Assembly (NCBI GenBank): GCA_965203295.1
Contig: CBDBCZ010000019.1
Coordinates: forward strand, 768,001-832,000
Source of the DNA: Nitrospirales bacterium
Lineage (GTDB): Bacteria > Nitrospirota > Nitrospiria > Nitrospirales > UBA8639
Direction of reading: 5' to 3'
Length of the DNA: 64,000 bases
The notes under the pieces are model-generated. The model ran no database searches. It saw only the letters and a list, made by a program, of their open reading frames with translations, and had not been told where the DNA came from. Below, piece by piece: positions 60,521 through 64,000 of this stretch. A program made the position numbers and the translations under genes. Numbering within the stretch: position 1 is the stretch's first letter; each line of letters starts with the position of its first letter.

Positions 60521-62905
60521 TTAGGGTGTAGATTTCCAGATTTCTTCTTTGTCCAGTTCGTAAAACTCCAGGGGATTGGAAGTTTGAAGGCGCTTCTTCT
60601 GTGGAACAGTCCATTTGGCAAATACCTCTGCGGTAGTTTTCTGACTGGGTTCCTTAGCTAAAGCTCCAGTATAGGATTGAATTTGGGCAAACTGGATTCC
60701 ATCAGGGATGGAAAAGGTCATGACTGGTAGGGTTCCCAGTGCTTCTTTCATAAAATGAGTCCAAATGGGAAGGGCTGCGTGAGCACCCGATTCCCTCCTC
60801 CCTAATGGTTGCGTTCCATCAAACCCAACCCAGACTCCCACCGCTAAGTTCGGAGCATACCCTACAAACCAGGCGTCCCGAAATCTATTGGTCGTTCCCG
60901 TTTTTCCTGCCAGAGGACGGCCAATAGATTTTGCTCTTCTTCCTGTTCCACTTTGAATGACGTCCATCATCATGTGGGTGATAAGATACGCTGTCTCTTT
61001 CGAGACGACTTCTCGAGGTTCAAAGAAGTGTTGTTCTAAGGTCGCTTCCTCCTTATTTCTCACGATCGAAATGGCATAGGGTTCCAGATAGATTCCCTGA
61101 TTCGCAAAGACTCCATAAGCCGAGGTAAGTTCTTCGAGAGTGAGGCTCGATGATCCTAAAGCGAGTGAAAGGTCTTGGCTCAAGGAGCTGTGGATCCCCA
61201 GAGATTTCGAAAAATCAATCACGTTTCTGACGCCAATTTGTTCAAGGAGTCTGACTGTTGCGGCATTTCGAGAGTGTCGTAAAGCCTCCCGAAGCGTGAT
61301 CGTGCCAAAAAACCGTTTTTCATAATTCTCGGGCTTCCAGATTTTTTCAGGATCTTCTTGTTCATAGACCACAGGGGCATCCATGACTAAGGTGGCTGGC
61401 GTCAGACCGTATTTTAAAGCGGTCGCATAGATAACGGGTTTAAAAGCAGAGCCGGGTTGCCGAAGGGCTAACAGAGCTCGGTTGAACTGGTTTCGTTCAA
61501 AGTCATACCCCCCCACCAAAGCTCGAATACTACCTGTTCGTGGATCAAGGGCGATGAGCGCCCCTTCCACTAATGGAGTCTGTTCGAGGAATAACCGGAG
61601 CTTCCCGTTGTTTTCTTGTTTCACCCTCACTTCAATTACATCACCTATTTGCAAAAGCTGTTTAGGACCGGCATTGGGGTATTTAACAGCTTCTGTCACG
61701 GGGGCATTGTTTGGTAAACGTCGACGGGCCCAGCGCATGTCTTTTAAGTCGAGTCGGGCCTGACGGCCTTTAACAAAAACCAAGGCATGATCATCGAAAA
61801 GTTTTGTTACAATACCTTCTACGATCTTGTCTGGATCTGGTAGGACTGGCTGCTCCGTCTTCTCCTCCTGAGAAGCCAGCAATTCAGACATTGGAATAGT
61901 TTCTCGTCTTATAGGTCCTCGCCATCCTTGCCGCTTATCTAGCTCACGTAGTCCTTTTGTCACGGCTCTATTAGCGATTTTTTGCATATTGACGTTTAAG
62001 GTGGTGAAAACTTGGATGCCACCTTTGTTCACCATTGGTACCCCATACTGATTCACCAAATGTTGGCGAACGTGTTCTAAGAAATATGGAGCAACACGTT
62101 CCACTGATTGACGTTTGAAAGTCAGAGGGTAATTCTTAGCGGCTTTCCCTTCCTCCTTGGTCACATACTGCTCCTGTACCATTCGCCAGAGTACATGATA
62201 CTGCCGTTTTATTGACAATTCTGGGTTCTTATAAGGGGAATAGTTGGTGGGTGCTTTAGGTAAGCCAGCCAAGAAAGCCGCTTCAGGTAAACTGATTTCC
62301 GAAAGGTCTTTATCAAAGTATGTCAGTGAAGCCATACCCACACCGTATGCACCATGTCCAAAGTAGATTTGGTTTAGGTACATCTCAAGAATTTGGTCTT
62401 TTGTGAGAACCCATTCCATCTTCATGGCCAGCAGGAGTTCCCGAGTTTTGCGGCTATAGGTCCGTTCAGGCGAGAGAAATAATGTACGGGCTAATTGCTG
62501 GGTAATAGTACTGGCACCCTCGAATTTGCCACCTCGTCGTATGTTAGTCCATGCGGCACGGAGGATGCCGAATATATCCAGCCCAGGGTGTTCGAAAAAT
62601 CGAGCGTCTTCGACCGCGATGACCGCATTGATTAAGTCTGGCGGGATCTCAGCAATAGGGGTGATGATGCGCCGCTCCACATAAAATTGGCCGATGACCT
62701 GGCCATTGTCGGCATGGACACGGGAAATTAAGCTTGGTTGATATTCGTGGAGCGATTCCAATGAAGGAAGTCCCGTGGCCGTATACCAAATCAGACCTAG
62801 AGCACCTACAACCAGGAAGCCTAGGGATATAAGTACCGCAATAATGATCACCTGCTGATGGGATCGTCGTGGAGATCGAGGATTGCTGTATTTTCGTGAT
62901 ATCAT
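60521..62905 (-). CDS. mrcA: Class A penicillin-binding protein (PBP1A-like)
   Basis: EDARFFEHPG, GASTITQQL, YLNQIYFG, SAFK, SRN and KTG. Confidence 0.93.
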   Translation of the reverse strand: MISRKYSNPRSPRRSHQQVIIIAVLISLGFLVVGALGLIWYTATGLPSLESLHEYQPSLISRVHADNGQVIGQFYVERRIITPIAEIPPDLINAVIAVEDARFFEHPGLDIFGILRAAWTNIRRGGKFEGASTITQQLARTLFLSPERTYSRKTRELLLAMKMEWVLTKDQILEMYLNQIYFGHGAYGVGMASLTYFDKDLSEISLPEAAFLAGLPKAPTNYSPYKNPELSIKRQYHVLWRMVQEQYVTKEEGKAAKNYPLTFKRQSVERVAPYFLEHVRQHLVNQYGVPMVNKGGIQVFTTLNVNMQKIANRAVTKGLRELDKRQGWRGPIRRETIPMSELLASQEEKTEQPVLPDPDKIVEGIVTKLFDDHALVFVKGRQARLDLKDMRWARRRLPNNAPVTEAVKYPNAGPKQLLQIGDVIEVRVKQENNGKLRLFLEQTPLVEGALIALDPRTGSIRALVGGYDFERNQFNRALLALRQPGSAFKPVIYATALKYGLTPATLVMDAPVVYEQEDPEKIWKPENYEKRFFGTITLREALRHSRNAATVRLLEQIGVRNVIDFSKSLGIHSSLSQDLSLALGSSSLTLEELTSAYGVFANQGIYLEPYAISIVRNKEEATLEQHFFEPREVVSKETAYLITHMMMDVIQSGTGRRAKSIGRPLAGKTGTTNRFRDAWFVGYAPNLAVGVWVGFDGTQPLGRRESGAHAALPIWTHFMKEALGTLPVMTFSIPDGIQFAQIQSYTGALAKEPSQKTTAEVFAKWTVPQKKRLQTSNPLEFYELDKEEIWKSTP

Positions 62906-63205
62906 AAATTTTTTAGGATTCGGTCACTCCGCTGATTGTCGAGAAGAGACGAGGGGGGGGATAGATCCTATTCCTAGGATAACCCCTGTTTCACCAAAAC
63001 TCAAGGTAAGACCGCAACATCATGATAAGGGCGATTTCAGAATCAGAACCGAAGCCAATTCGTTTACCCTCGGCTTCCGGCCTACGATAGTGCTTGTCTT
63101 GTAGGTCCTTTGGCATGGTTGACAACATTTTCATTCGCATGGTAAGAAAAATTCACTAGTATCAAAAACTTGTCATCACTTATCTATCTATAAGGAGGAC
63201 TTATA

Positions 63206-63679
63206 ATGTCCATCGATGTTGCCCTAGAGGTTAAAGTCGGGGATAATGCCCCAGATTTTACGTTAAAAGATCAAGACCAAAACGATGTCAATTTAAGGGA
63301 TTTTCGAGGGAAAAAGAACGTCGTTTTGGCCTTCTATCCCCTGGATTGGAGTCCTGTCTGTACAGGCGAGAATAAGTGCCTTACCGATGATTTCCCAAGT
63401 TTTAACGATGCCAATGCAGAGGTGTTTGGAATCAGTACCGACAGCTTCTTTTCCCATAAAGCTTGGGCCGAGTCTCTCGACCTCAAACATCGTTTATTGG
63501 CCGATATGCACCGAACTGTCTCGAAAGACTATGGCCTCTATTTTGAACCTCTCAATTGTGCAAAGCGAGCGACGGTCATCGTTGATAAAGTAGGTAAGGT
63601 TGCCTATGTAAAGGTGCAGGAAATTAAAACAGCTCGTGACGACAAAGAAATTCTTGAGGCGCTCAAAAAACTCAATTAA
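63206..63679 (+). CDS. Peroxiredoxin (AhpC/TSA, AhpE-like)
   Basis: [19 protein letters not shown] and KRATVIVD. Confidence 0.88.
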   Translation: MSIDVALEVKVGDNAPDFTLKDQDQNDVNLRDFRGKKNVVLAFYPLDWSPVCTGENKCLTDDFPSFNDANAEVFGISTDSFFSHKAWAESLDLKHRLLADMHRTVSKDYGLYFEPLNCAKRATVIVDKVGKVAYVKVQEIKTARDDKEILEALKKLN

Positions 63680-63763
63680 ACCTTGGCATGAATTGTCGGC
63701 AAGAGAAAGGGGGATTTCTTGATGAAATCCCCATTTCTCTGTTGCAAACGAAGGAAGCTTGAT

Positions 63764-64000
63764 ATGGGCAATGTTCTTGAAGATGTGACAGACCAAAACT
63801 ATGAGGATGCCATCCAAGCCCTGGCTTCTGTCATTGCCTATGGTATCGCTTCTTGTGAACCCTGTGCCCTCTATGACCCTATTTTGGAAAAAGCAGCCTC
63901 TCTCTTTCCTCACGTTCGAATCGGAAAAGCCAAGATGCATGTTCCAGGTCGGTGTCTGGGCATAAAAAAAATTCATAATTTTGAAACCTACCCCATGACT
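63764..64000 (+). CDS. Thioredoxin-fold protein (partial, runs off the window)
   Basis: Own translation: MGNVLEDVTDQNYE...SCEPCALYDPILE...ETYP, with a CxxC motif. Confidence 0.75.
   Translation, partial: MGNVLEDVTDQNYEDAIQALASVIAYGIASCEPCALYDPILEKAASLFPHVRIGKAKMHVPGRCLGIKKIHNFETYPMT

Overview
Chromosomal window from a chemolithoautotrophic Nitrospirota-type bacterium. This is inferred from the five-subunit 2-oxoacid:ferredoxin oxidoreductase operon, the porin-urtAABCDE-ureABC-FGD layout and Nitrospira-like intergenic repeats. Bases 1-7.8 kb are an eroded accessory zone: a scrambled SulP transporter, DUF2182 and DUF4157 relics and a multiply frameshifted glucan phosphorylase. Bases 7.8-36.3 kb are mostly housekeeping: a Ser/Ser-type dapF, an alphaproteobacterial-looking polA-xth pair, glnS, metF, der, metK, ahcY and the for-type operon. 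This stretch also holds an unexplained coupled operon: a USP/PCP_red/rubredoxin protein, a radical SAM-SPASM enzyme with a PCP_red tail, and a CopD-like membrane protein. At 36456-36853 a tRNA-Asn(GUU) is split inside its anticodon by a 322-nt group I intron and is followed by a probable serine-recombinase scar. Next comes a 15-kb urea uptake/urease cluster with an ODP-like di-iron sensor cassette inserted between ureC and ureF, two diverging urtA paralogues and an ANTAR-like attenuator leader. The window ends with the isc Fe-S operon, a class A PBP, a peroxiredoxin and a partial thioredoxin-fold gene. All family assignments come from motif recognition by eye; no searches were run.
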